Assembly (NCBI GenBank): GCA_028716165.1
Contig: JAQUQI010000005.1
Location: forward strand, 24,996-88,995
Origin: Candidatus Omnitrophota bacterium
Lineage (GTDB): Bacteria > Omnitrophota > Gorgyraeia > JABMRG01
Direction of reading: 5' to 3'
DNA: 64,000 bases
Below are positions 25,933 through 34,542 of this stretch, one piece after another. How positions within the stretch are numbered: the first letter of the stretch is position 1; each line of letters starts with the position of its first letter. The translations under genes and the position numbers were made by a program. The notes beneath the pieces were generated by a model that saw nothing but the letters and a program-made list of their open reading frames with translations, was not told where the DNA came from and ran no database searches.

Positions 25933-27240
25933 ATGAATAAATTTATATCACTTATATTAGCGGCCGGACTGGCCGGTATTGCCGGCTGCGCGCCAAGCGC
26001 GGTTGAAACTAAGGGCCCCGAGAAAATACTTGTGTGGCATTGGATGACCGACAGGGAAGAAGCCTTTGACGAATTGGCAAGAAGATACAAATCTCTTACA
26101 GGCACCAATGTTCAGTTTGAACTGTATGCTCCGACAGACGCGTATGATGAGAAAATAAAAGGCGCCGCCCAGACTCAGACCTTACCTGATATTTTCGGAG
26201 TTCTCGCGGACAAAAGGGTGATCGCGTCGTTTATTAATGCCGGCCATATCTTAAATCTTGGCCCATACATGGCACAGGATAACGGAAAATGGGAGAATAC
26301 CTTTTACGAAAAAGCGCTGAACGTAAACAGGTTTTTGGATAATAATGAATTTGCCGTTACGCCCGGTATATACGCCGCGCCGATAGATGTTATGAATATC
26401 CAGATGGTATATAATAAAGACCTGTTTAAGAAAGCCGGGCTTGACCCTGATAATCCTCCGAAAAACTGGGCTGATTTTCTTGATGCCGGCAATAAACTCA
26501 ATGCCGCCGGTATACAGGGCATGGTAAGCGGCTGGGGCGAGATATGGATGATAGACTGCCTTGCTTCAAATTATGCTTATAATATAATGGGCGAGGAAAA
26601 ATTTATAAAGACATTAACAGGCGAAGTTGCTTATACTGATCCTGACTGGATAAAGGTTTTTGGCCTTTTCAGGGATATGAGGGATAATAACCTGCTTGCC
26701 AGCGGTATCGTTACCATGGTCAATAAGCATGCTGAACAGATGTTTGCCAATCAGCGCGCGGCCATAGCCTTTAACGGTTCGTGGTGCGTTAACGTGTATC
26801 ACGGTATGAACCCGGATCTGAATTACGGCGCAATGCTGCCGCCGGCCTATTCTGATAAACATCCTATGATGGTATGGGGCGGGGCCGGAGCCAGCTTTAT
26901 GGTGAACGCCAGAAGCGCGCACAGGGAAAAAGTGGTTGAGTTTTTGAAATGGCTTACCGCGAAAGACCAGCAGGCATACCTGTCAACCCAGACCAGAAAC
27001 TTGCCGGCTAATAAAGACAGCCTCGGCGCGATACCCGAAGTGCTTGCGCAGTTTGTTGATGATATGGATTTGGTCAACCATCCCAACAATCTTAATGTAT
27101 CGGAATTTCCCAGGGTAATTGAGGCAAGGAGCAAGGGAATACAGTCTGTTATCATTGGAGAAAAAACACCTGAAGAGGTTGCGTTAGAGGTGCAAGCGGT
27201 TAAGCTGCGCGAACTTCAAAAATCCCAGGGCAAGGATTAA
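25933..27240 (+). CDS. ABC transporter extracellular solute-binding lipoprotein (family 1, oligosaccharide-type)
   Basis: Lipobox IAGC. Length and composition are typical of sugar SBPs, and it lies directly upstream of two MalF/MalG-type permeases. Confidence 0.7.
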   Translation: MNKFISLILAAGLAGIAGCAPSAVETKGPEKILVWHWMTDREEAFDELARRYKSLTGTNVQFELYAPTDAYDEKIKGAAQTQTLPDIFGVLADKRVIASFINAGHILNLGPYMAQDNGKWENTFYEKALNVNRFLDNNEFAVTPGIYAAPIDVMNIQMVYNKDLFKKAGLDPDNPPKNWADFLDAGNKLNAAGIQGMVSGWGEIWMIDCLASNYAYNIMGEEKFIKTLTGEVAYTDPDWIKVFGLFRDMRDNNLLASGIVTMVNKHAEQMFANQRAAIAFNGSWCVNVYHGMNPDLNYGAMLPPAYSDKHPMMVWGGAGASFMVNARSAHREKVVEFLKWLTAKDQQAYLSTQTRNLPANKDSLGAIPEVLAQFVDDMDLVNHPNNLNVSEFPRVIEARSKGIQSVIIGEKTPEEVALEVQAVKLRELQKSQGKD

Positions 27241-27270
27241 GGCAGGCGCTCTACCCTAATTCTTTCATAG

Positions 27271-28170
27271 TTGAGTAAAAAAATGCAAATAAAAAAAACA
27301 AAAACGATACTATCTAACTATCTTTTTGTCCTGCCGGCTGTTCTTTTGTTTTGCACGTTTCACGTATATCCTTTTATCAATGTATTCCGCTATTCTCTTT
27401 TTCAGTGGGACGGTATATCTCCCGCCATGAAATTCATAGGCCTTGCCAATTTCAAGGACATTTTTACCGCCAATTCCCAGTGGTGGTATTCCATGTGGCA
27501 CGCTTTTTATATCACACTGCTTACTCTGATATTTCAGAATGGTTTGGCATTAATACTGGCGCTTGCCTGTGACAGGGCGATAAAAGGCGCCCAGACCTAC
27601 AGGATGATATTTTTTCTGCCGCCCGTGCTTTCAGGAATAGTGGTAGGCCTTATTTGGCAGTGGATATACGACGGCAATTACGGGCTTTTGAACTATTGGC
27701 TTACGAGGATGGGCATAGGCCATCTTGCCCGCGCCTGGCTGGCTGACCCCAAAACAGCGCTAACATGTGTGGGGGTTGTCCATATGTGGAAAGGTTTTGG
27801 GTGGGGTTTTATTATATTGCTGGCCGGATTACAGTCAATACCGCGGGAATTATATGAAGCCGCTAAAGTGGACGGCGCCGGCGCCTGGGACTCCTTTGTA
27901 AGGGTCACGGTGCCCCTTATGATACCTGTTTTTGTCCTTGTTGTGATACTTACCATATTAAATACTATGCAGATATACGACCTTATAGTTTCTCTTACGG
28001 GCGGCGGCCCCGGATATCACACGGAAGTTCCTATTACAAGGATATTGGCTTCTATGAGAGGCGGTTCCCAGCTTGGTTATGCGTGCGCGCTTGGCGTAGT
28101 GTTCGGCTTGATACTTCTGGCTATTTCGTTCGCGCAGATACAGGGTTCAAAGCTTGTGAAGCAGGAGTAA
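27271..28170 (+). CDS. Sugar ABC transporter permease (MalF/UgpA-type)
   Basis: Six hydrophobic segments. EAA loop ELYEAAKVDGAGAWDSFVRVTVPL. The start may instead be the ATG at 27283. Confidence 0.8.
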   Translation: MSKKMQIKKTKTILSNYLFVLPAVLLFCTFHVYPFINVFRYSLFQWDGISPAMKFIGLANFKDIFTANSQWWYSMWHAFYITLLTLIFQNGLALILALACDRAIKGAQTYRMIFFLPPVLSGIVVGLIWQWIYDGNYGLLNYWLTRMGIGHLARAWLADPKTALTCVGVVHMWKGFGWGFIILLAGLQSIPRELYEAAKVDGAGAWDSFVRVTVPLMIPVFVLVVILTILNTMQIYDLIVSLTGGGPGYHTEVPITRILASMRGGSQLGYACALGVVFGLILLAISFAQIQGSKLVKQE

Positions 28171-28177
28171 TTTTTTT

Positions 28178-29062
28178 ATGCAAAAACCGGCATACTACAA
28201 AGCCAAGCAGTTTTTACTAACATATCTGACCCATATTCTGCTTATTATTGTGTCAGCCAGCTGTATACTGCCTTTGCTGTGGATGTTTGCCTCAAGCCTT
28301 AAAACCCAGGCAACTGTTTTTACGGACATGAGCCTGTGGCCGGCTAATCCCCACTGGGAAAATTTTTATATTGCCTGGACAAGAGGCGGGTTCGGAAAGT
28401 ATTTTTTTAACAGCCTTTTCTATACCATTGTTGTCGTAGTAAGCGTGGTTTTTGTCACTTCAATGGCGGCATATGGCATATCAAGGCTTAAGATACCCGG
28501 TAAGAATATCATATTTTTTGTGTTTCTGGCCGCCATGATGATACCAATACCCGGAGTTTTCGTCGCTCTTTATGTATTATTGAACAAGCTTGGTTTTTTA
28601 AATCCTAATACAGGGTTTTCTTTCCTTGACAATATGATTATGAGGATAGGGTATATGCTGCCTCTGATTAATAGCGGATTATCGCTGGGTATCTATATAT
28701 TAAAGACATTTTTTGATAAGATGCCCGGGGATTTAGAAGATTCGGGCAGGATAGACGGTTGTTCCAAATTCGGCATATACTGGCACATAGCGCTTCCTTT
28801 GGCCAAGCCCGCTATAGCGGTTATTGTTATTTTTAACACTCTGACCGTTTGGAATGAATACCTGCTTGCCATGCTGGTTTTGACCGGAAAGAGCCTGATG
28901 CCCCTTACGAGGGCTTTGATGGTATTCAGAGGGACCCATATCACGGAATATCCTCTTCTTATGTCAGGCATGTCCATAACCGTAATTCCTATAATAATAA
29001 TCTATCTTTTTTTGCAGAAACACATAATAGCAGGCATAACGGCAGGGGCGGTAAAGGGATGA
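28178..29062 (+). CDS. Sugar ABC transporter permease (MalG/UgpE-type)
   Basis: EAA-like loop LEDSGRIDGCSKFGIYWHIALPLAKPA, polytopic. Only 7 nt separate it from the upstream permease. Confidence 0.8.
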   Translation: MQKPAYYKAKQFLLTYLTHILLIIVSASCILPLLWMFASSLKTQATVFTDMSLWPANPHWENFYIAWTRGGFGKYFFNSLFYTIVVVVSVVFVTSMAAYGISRLKIPGKNIIFFVFLAAMMIPIPGVFVALYVLLNKLGFLNPNTGFSFLDNMIMRIGYMLPLINSGLSLGIYILKTFFDKMPGDLEDSGRIDGCSKFGIYWHIALPLAKPAIAVIVIFNTLTVWNEYLLAMLVLTGKSLMPLTRALMVFRGTHITEYPLLMSGMSITVIPIIIIYLFLQKHIIAGITAGAVKG

Positions 29063-29727
29063 TAAATTTTTTTTATTGTTTTGTTCGCGCGTTAAGTCGC
29101 AACATTTTTTTAAGAGAGTCCGGCCCGCGCGCAAGTGTATTAACTTTTTTAGTGTGTTTTACCTGCTTTATGCCGCGAGCTTTTGCTTTAGAACTGCCTG
29201 AAGAAGCCATGGCATATTACAAGGACAATACTGTTGCTTCAGCCGGCATATCGGATGGAGTTGGCCCCACGGTTAAAAAAGCGGAGATAATAGAGGGCGT
29301 TGATATCGGGAGACGAGAGGCCAAAGACTATGATTTTTCCGACAGCTCATTATCGGGCCTTACTATAAAAAGTTGGGAAGCGCTTAACCAAAAAGACGAA
29401 CAGGCCCTGCTTGCTTATACGGCACGGTGTTTTGACCTCTATACCCAGCAGGCAAAAGACCAGCAGGCCAGGATGACCGATTTTGCTCCTTCGGGTTCTG
29501 AAGCCGGGAATGAGGCTTTAAATAATGTGGCTGTCTGCTATTTTATGCTCGGGGAATTTTATAAGCATAAAAAGGATTGGCAAAAATCGGTTGAGAATTA
29601 TAAAAAGGCGGTTGATAATTTTTATTTCGCCCAATACTGGGACCCGCGCGGCTGGTGGTGGAAACCCTCGCAGATATCTCAAGGCGAAGTTGAAAAGATT
29701 AATACCGGATACTATGATAAAGAATAA
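29059..29727 (+). CDS. Hypothetical secreted protein (TPR-like helical), translationally coupled within the transporter/GH operon
   Basis: ATGA overlap with the permease stop. Hydrophobic N-terminus. No recognisable catalytic motif; the true start is uncertain. Confidence 0.4.
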   Translation: MINFFYCFVRALSRNIFLRESGPRASVLTFLVCFTCFMPRAFALELPEEAMAYYKDNTVASAGISDGVGPTVKKAEIIEGVDIGRREAKDYDFSDSSLSGLTIKSWEALNQKDEQALLAYTARCFDLYTQQAKDQQARMTDFAPSGSEAGNEALNNVAVCYFMLGEFYKHKKDWQKSVENYKKAVDNFYFAQYWDPRGWWWKPSQISQGEVEKINTGYYDKE

Positions 29728-31624
29728 TTATTTTCTAAGAGGCTTGAGGTTTTGCCTATTAGCTTTTTTAATTCCGGCTTGCGGTTTTTTCGTATCAGGT
29801 TGCGCTGAAAATATTGTATTTGAAGAAAATCCGGTTTTTAAGCTTTCCGATAAGGGTAGTGAAGAGATAATTAACTATGAAAGATACGGCAGGTTTGACG
29901 GCGCGGGAACGTCGGCTTACAGTTATTCCATAATTGATCAGGCCGGACTTTCCAAGGCTGCCGGAGAAGGTATTCATCCCAACTCGTCGGCTGTTCTAAA
30001 GGACCCGTTGTATAAAGAGCTTAAACAATCGGGAGCGTTGGACGGCACGCACTGGGATTTTATTAACAAGCCTCAATACGCAAAGAATTTTTATAAATGG
30101 GCCGTGGCTGCCGAGGAAAGAGGTGTAAAGCTTTTTTATACCGCCCTTGCCCTTGAAAGGGCCGGTTGTATAAAACAGGCGATTAAAGCCTACTATGCCA
30201 TTGTTGTCCATTTTCCGAAAACCATAGGCTGGACATACTGGAAAACCCCGTGGTATGTCGGCCAGGCGGCCATAGACAGGATAAATTTCTTGTGCCGGCA
30301 ATACCCCCAGCTTGGTTTAAGGCTTGAAGGCGCTTATATTATCGTTGATAATTCTTACGATGATAATCCCAAAACGGATGTTTTTTTGGTAGACCCCGGC
30401 AGGATAGTGAAGGTCAAATCTTCGCGGGTATATGATTATGCCAGGAGAAAAGATCTGCCGCGGAAGAACATAATAAAATCAACCAACGGCGATTTCGTAA
30501 AGCTCGTCCAGTATGAGGACAGGTCGTGGCAGCTTTTAGTTGACGGTAAGCCTTATATCGTAAAAGGGGTTGCTTATGAGCCGAGCAAGATAGGCCAGAG
30601 CCCCGACCAGGGCACTCTTGAGGATTGGATGCAGTATGACTACAACAAAAATAATAAGATAGACGGGCCATATGACGCGTGGGTTGATCACAACAGAAAC
30701 GATATACAGGATCCGGAAGAAAAGCCCGTCGGCGATTTCAGGCTTTTATGGGAAATGGGCTGTAATACCATAAGGGTTTATAACCATGCCTCAAATAAAC
30801 CCTTGTTAAAGGATCTGTATGAAAACTTTGGCATTATGTCGCTTATGGGGGATTTTTTAGGCGCTTATGCCGTAGGCTCGGGCGCCAGCTGGTACAAGGG
30901 GACGGATTATTCAGACCCCGTACAACAGCAGAACATGCTTGATAACCTGAAGAAAATGGTTGAGGAGCATAAACAGGAAAAATATGTGCTTATGTGGGTC
31001 CTGGGAAATGAAAATAATTACGGTGTTGCCAATAGCGCCAAGCGCGATCCGGTGTCATATTACAGATTCGCTAATAAGGCCGCTGAATTGATAAAATCCA
31101 TAGACCCATATCATAGGCCTGTGGTAATAAGCAACGGCGAAGTAAAGTTTATTGATATATTCGCCAAAGAATGCCCTGCCGTGGATGTCTTCGGCCTGAA
31201 CGCTTACCGCGGGGATTATGGTTTTGGCCATCTCTGGCTGACGGCAAAACGCGAAACAGACAGGCCTGTCTTGATAACGGAATACGGCTGCCCGGCTTAC
31301 AATGGATATACGGATGCCGAAACGGCAGAGGACCAGCAGGCGCAATATCTTAAAAATTGCTGGATAGACGTTGTTTCCAATTCCAACGGCTGGGGCCAGG
31401 GTAACGCTATAGGGGCTGTCTTGTTTGAGTGGTCGGATGAATGGTGGAAGGCCTATGAACCGTATATGCATGATACCAAACCTCTGTGGGCTGGCAATTT
31501 TCCCGGAGGATGGATGTATGAGGAATGGCTCGGCATCGCGTCGCAGGGTTCAGGGAAGAACAGCCCGTTTCAGAGAGTCTTAAGAAAGTCGTATTATGAA
31601 TATAAAAAGTTGTGGAGAGGTTAA
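29714..31624 (+). CDS. Clan GH-A (GH5-like) glycoside hydrolase lipoprotein
   Basis: The real start is the ATG at 29714 (MIKNNYF...), lipobox VSGC. The ORF-track start at 29525 is an out-of-frame extension across the upstream gene. WVLGNE, ITEYGCPAYN and FEWSDEWWK motifs parallel those of the ORF at 24535. Confidence 0.65.
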   Translation: MIKNNYFLRGLRFCLLAFLIPACGFFVSGCAENIVFEENPVFKLSDKGSEEIINYERYGRFDGAGTSAYSYSIIDQAGLSKAAGEGIHPNSSAVLKDPLYKELKQSGALDGTHWDFINKPQYAKNFYKWAVAAEERGVKLFYTALALERAGCIKQAIKAYYAIVVHFPKTIGWTYWKTPWYVGQAAIDRINFLCRQYPQLGLRLEGAYIIVDNSYDDNPKTDVFLVDPGRIVKVKSSRVYDYARRKDLPRKNIIKSTNGDFVKLVQYEDRSWQLLVDGKPYIVKGVAYEPSKIGQSPDQGTLEDWMQYDYNKNNKIDGPYDAWVDHNRNDIQDPEEKPVGDFRLLWEMGCNTIRVYNHASNKPLLKDLYENFGIMSLMGDFLGAYAVGSGASWYKGTDYSDPVQQQNMLDNLKKMVEEHKQEKYVLMWVLGNENNYGVANSAKRDPVSYYRFANKAAELIKSIDPYHRPVVISNGEVKFIDIFAKECPAVDVFGLNAYRGDYGFGHLWLTAKRETDRPVLITEYGCPAYNGYTDAETAEDQQAQYLKNCWIDVVSNSNGWGQGNAIGAVLFEWSDEWWKAYEPYMHDTKPLWAGNFPGGWMYEEWLGIASQGSGKNSPFQRVLRKSYYEYKKLWRG

Positions 31625-31640
31625 TAAAAAAGGAGGAGAC

Positions 31641-32243
31641 ATGGGTAAAAAAAGATTTTTAGGTTTTATCCTTATGGCGGCCGTGGTTTTTACGACAATG
31701 GCGCTGAAGGCGCAGGCGGTTGATTATTTTGAACCGTTTAATATTTATTCGGACAGGAATGCCCGCGGCAATCACTTTGCCCCGTCGGGGTGGATGGGCG
31801 ATTATAATGACATTTCTTTCACGGATGCCTGGCAGGACAGCCCGCATTCGGGCGCTACGTGCATAAAGATTGTGTATAGGCCCAATGCTTCGCAGGGCGC
31901 CAGATGGGCGGGTATGTATTGGCAGAATCCGCCGAATAACTGGGGAGAGAAAAAAGGAGGCTTTGACCTGACAGGCGCCAGAAAACTGACATTTTGGGCC
32001 CGCGGCGAAAAAGGCGGCGAGCGCCTGGAGGAAGTCAAGGTAGGCGGAATTAACGGGGCTTATCCTGATTCGGATATTGCATCGGCAGGACCCATCATAC
32101 TCACGAAAGACTGGCAGCAATACAGCATAGACCTGAAAGGCAAAGATCTTACATATATCAGCGGCGGGTTTGTATGGGCTACCAACCTTGACGTTAACCC
32201 GGAAGGGTGCACGTTTTATCTTGATGACATAAGGTATGAGTAA
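31641..32243 (+). CDS. Secreted CBM-like beta-sandwich protein (paralog 2 of 3)
   Basis: RBS AAGGAGG 4 nt upstream of the ATG at 31641. Signal peptide. Same conserved domain as the ORF at 23789 (FNIYSDRNARGNHFAPSGWMGDYNDI ... YWQNPPNNWGEKKGGFDLTGA..L.FWARGEKGGE). Confidence 0.6.
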   Translation: MGKKRFLGFILMAAVVFTTMALKAQAVDYFEPFNIYSDRNARGNHFAPSGWMGDYNDISFTDAWQDSPHSGATCIKIVYRPNASQGARWAGMYWQNPPNNWGEKKGGFDLTGARKLTFWARGEKGGERLEEVKVGGINGAYPDSDIASAGPIILTKDWQQYSIDLKGKDLTYISGGFVWATNLDVNPEGCTFYLDDIRYE

Positions 32244-32247
32244 AAAC

Positions 32248-32292
32248 ATGCCCGGGATAAATATTTTTTAATTTGTCCCGGGCGTATTTTTT
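32248..32292 (+). terminator. Terminator-like hairpin after the CBM-like gene at 31641
   Basis: ATGCCCGGGA, an 18-nt AT-rich loop, TCCCGGGCGT, then ATTTTTT. Confidence 0.45.
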
Positions 32293-32304
32293 CAAATATA
32301 AGCA

Positions 32305-34434
32305 ATGACCCGACATTATAGCGGACGCAGAAAATACATAAGGCTGGATTCATGTTTTCCTGTTGAATTCAGCCTTTCTCTTTGCGCGGATAATCCTGCC
32401 CGCCAATACCAGGGCTTTACATGTGATGTGTCCGAAGGAGGGATATGCCTTAAAGCAAAAGGCCTGTCTCCCGAGCAGGAAAAGATTCTATCAGAGAAAG
32501 GGTCTGAATTGGATTTAATTATACACATGCCTCTAAGAGGCAAGCCTGTGCCGGCCAGAGCGGAAATCATGTGGACAAGCAAACCGCGCCAAAGCCCGGA
32601 TAGCGGGCAGGGTATTGATATAGGCCTTCAATATTCTGCCATAGATGACGCTGACAGGGCCAGGGTTATAAATTATGCCCGCAGGCTCAAATGGCTGCCG
32701 CGTATCGCGGCGCTGTTGTTTCTTGCGCTATTTTTTTTCATGTTTATACTCGCTTTCTACCATATTAAATCTATAGGCATAAATAAGTTCCTGGTAAGGC
32801 GCGTAGTTTCTATTTCAATGATAAAATCGCGCATAGAGCGCCAGCTAAATGAGGTCAGGGTAAGGAAGGACATGCTGGAGTCCGGGCTGTCAAAGGGCAC
32901 GGCTGATGAAGACAATCTTAGGTCGCAAATAGCATTTATTGAAAAAAGAGCCGATGAAGAAAAGCTTAGGCTCAAGTCCATGCTGGAGCAGTCGGACCTT
33001 GAGAAAAAAAGAATTGAATCCCAGATTGATAATCTTCAGGCAGGGCAGGAAGGCGCTAACAGCATGGCTTCCATGGTCATAGAGTCAAGGCTTTCCCGGA
33101 TTAATTCCGATACTGAACTTTTGCAGATGGAATTAGAAGAGGTCCTTAAGAAGGCCGCGCTTGAGAAAAAGACGCTTGAAGGAAGGCTTCAATCACTTAA
33201 GCAGGAAAATGAAGCGTTAAAAAAAGGATTGAAGTCAACGTTTGAAGACGAGGAATTACTGGAAGAACAGCTTGCCGGATTAAGGTATGAAAGCGGCGGC
33301 GTTGAAAAGGCCGGCATAGAACGTATGTTTGAATGGGTAAAGTTGAGACAGGTCAGAAAGACCGGCCTTGTATTAAGCTATGAAGGAGACCCCTCGCTTA
33401 AGGACTGGGCGTTTATTTACGACCAGGCGCTTGCGGCGCAGGCCTTTATTTTTATGGACGAACCCGAACGGGCTAAAAACGTCCTTGACTTTTTTAACAA
33501 TAAAGCCGCGCTTAGCGAAGGCCTGTTTTATAATGCCTATGACGCAAAAACAGCCGACCCGAGAGAGTACACCGTTCATTCGGGCCCTAATATATGGGTG
33601 GCTATATCTGCCTGTCAATATACCTACTGGATGGGCAATGCCCAATTTCTTGAGATGGCTGAAAGAATAGCCTTGAAAATGATCGGTATGCAGTCCGCGT
33701 CACCGGATGGAAGCATTAGCGGAGGCCCCGGCGTCAACTGGGTCAGCACAGAACATAATATTGATGCTTATGCCTTATTCAACATGCTCTACAGGTTGAC
33801 CAATAAACAGGAGTATGCCTCTGCCGCGCTGAAAGCGCTTGATTGGCTTAAAACGTCAGGTTATAATAGCCAGGAAGCCAGGTTTATGCGGGGCAAAGGA
33901 GATGCCACTATTGCCACAGATACCTTTTCCTGGGCCATAGCCGCCCTGGGGCCAAAGGCGCTTTTAAATAACGGTATGGATCCCGATGGTATAATGGAAT
34001 TTGCCGAAAAGGAATGCAGGGTACGGGTGAAGTTTTACAGGCCATCCGGCAGTGTTATTGATGTGACGGGCTTTGATTTTTCTAAGGCCGGCAATATGGC
34101 CCGCGGAGGAATCGTTTCAACGGAATGGACCGCGCAGATGATAGTCGCGTTAAAAATAATGGCTGATTATTATAAGATTGCCGGCGATACTGTCAAACAG
34201 AACGTATATGGTTCCAAGGCCGAGTATTATCTGGCGCAACTCGGCCAGATGGTCATATCGTCGCCATCTCCCACGGGCCAGGGCCAGGGCTGCCTTCCAT
34301 ACGCGTCTATTGACAATGTTGACACAGGACATGGCTGGCGTGTCGCCTGCGGCCGGCGGACAGGTTCTGTAGCCGGCACGATTTATTATATATTTGCTTA
34401 TACAGGTTATAACCCGCTCTCCCTTGATATCTGA
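32305..34434 (+). CDS. PilZ-domain / transmembrane / coiled-coil protein with a C-terminal (alpha/alpha)6-like glycoside-hydrolase-like domain
   Basis: N-terminal PilZ signatures RRKYIRLD (RxxxR) and DVSEGGICL (DxSxGG). A TM helix at about aa 135-155. A ~170-aa heptad-rich coiled coil. The C-terminal ~400 aa is a helical toroid-like domain (…YDQALAAQAF…GPNIWVAISACQY…TGSVAGTIYYIFAY). Confidence 0.55.
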   Translation: MTRHYSGRRKYIRLDSCFPVEFSLSLCADNPARQYQGFTCDVSEGGICLKAKGLSPEQEKILSEKGSELDLIIHMPLRGKPVPARAEIMWTSKPRQSPDSGQGIDIGLQYSAIDDADRARVINYARRLKWLPRIAALLFLALFFFMFILAFYHIKSIGINKFLVRRVVSISMIKSRIERQLNEVRVRKDMLESGLSKGTADEDNLRSQIAFIEKRADEEKLRLKSMLEQSDLEKKRIESQIDNLQAGQEGANSMASMVIESRLSRINSDTELLQMELEEVLKKAALEKKTLEGRLQSLKQENEALKKGLKSTFEDEELLEEQLAGLRYESGGVEKAGIERMFEWVKLRQVRKTGLVLSYEGDPSLKDWAFIYDQALAAQAFIFMDEPERAKNVLDFFNNKAALSEGLFYNAYDAKTADPREYTVHSGPNIWVAISACQYTYWMGNAQFLEMAERIALKMIGMQSASPDGSISGGPGVNWVSTEHNIDAYALFNMLYRLTNKQEYASAALKALDWLKTSGYNSQEARFMRGKGDATIATDTFSWAIAALGPKALLNNGMDPDGIMEFAEKECRVRVKFYRPSGSVIDVTGFDFSKAGNMARGGIVSTEWTAQMIVALKIMADYYKIAGDTVKQNVYGSKAEYYLAQLGQMVISSPSPTGQGQGCLPYASIDNVDTGHGWRVACGRRTGSVAGTIYYIFAYTGYNPLSLDI

Positions 34435-34542
34435 TATACCGGTTGGCCGGAGCGCATTGCCGGGGGAAATGGAGGCCCGGTAAAACTTGAAAGAGTAATT
34501 TTATTGTGATAATATATATTATAACACAGTAAAGGTGATCAT

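Noticed and set aside
29525-29713. ORF-track start at 29525 for the GH lipoprotein, giving a 699-aa product
   Set aside because: The first 63 codons overlap the well-formed upstream ORF (29059-29727) in another frame and encode a non-protein-like basic stretch. The lipoprotein signal (MIKNNYF...VSGC) starts at the ATG at 29714 with ATGA coupling.
32305-34434. Assigning the C-terminal domain of the PilZ fusion to a specific GH family (GH8/BcsZ-like)
   Set aside because: No family-specific catalytic motifs could be identified by eye. Only a generic (alpha/alpha)6 GH-like call is justified.
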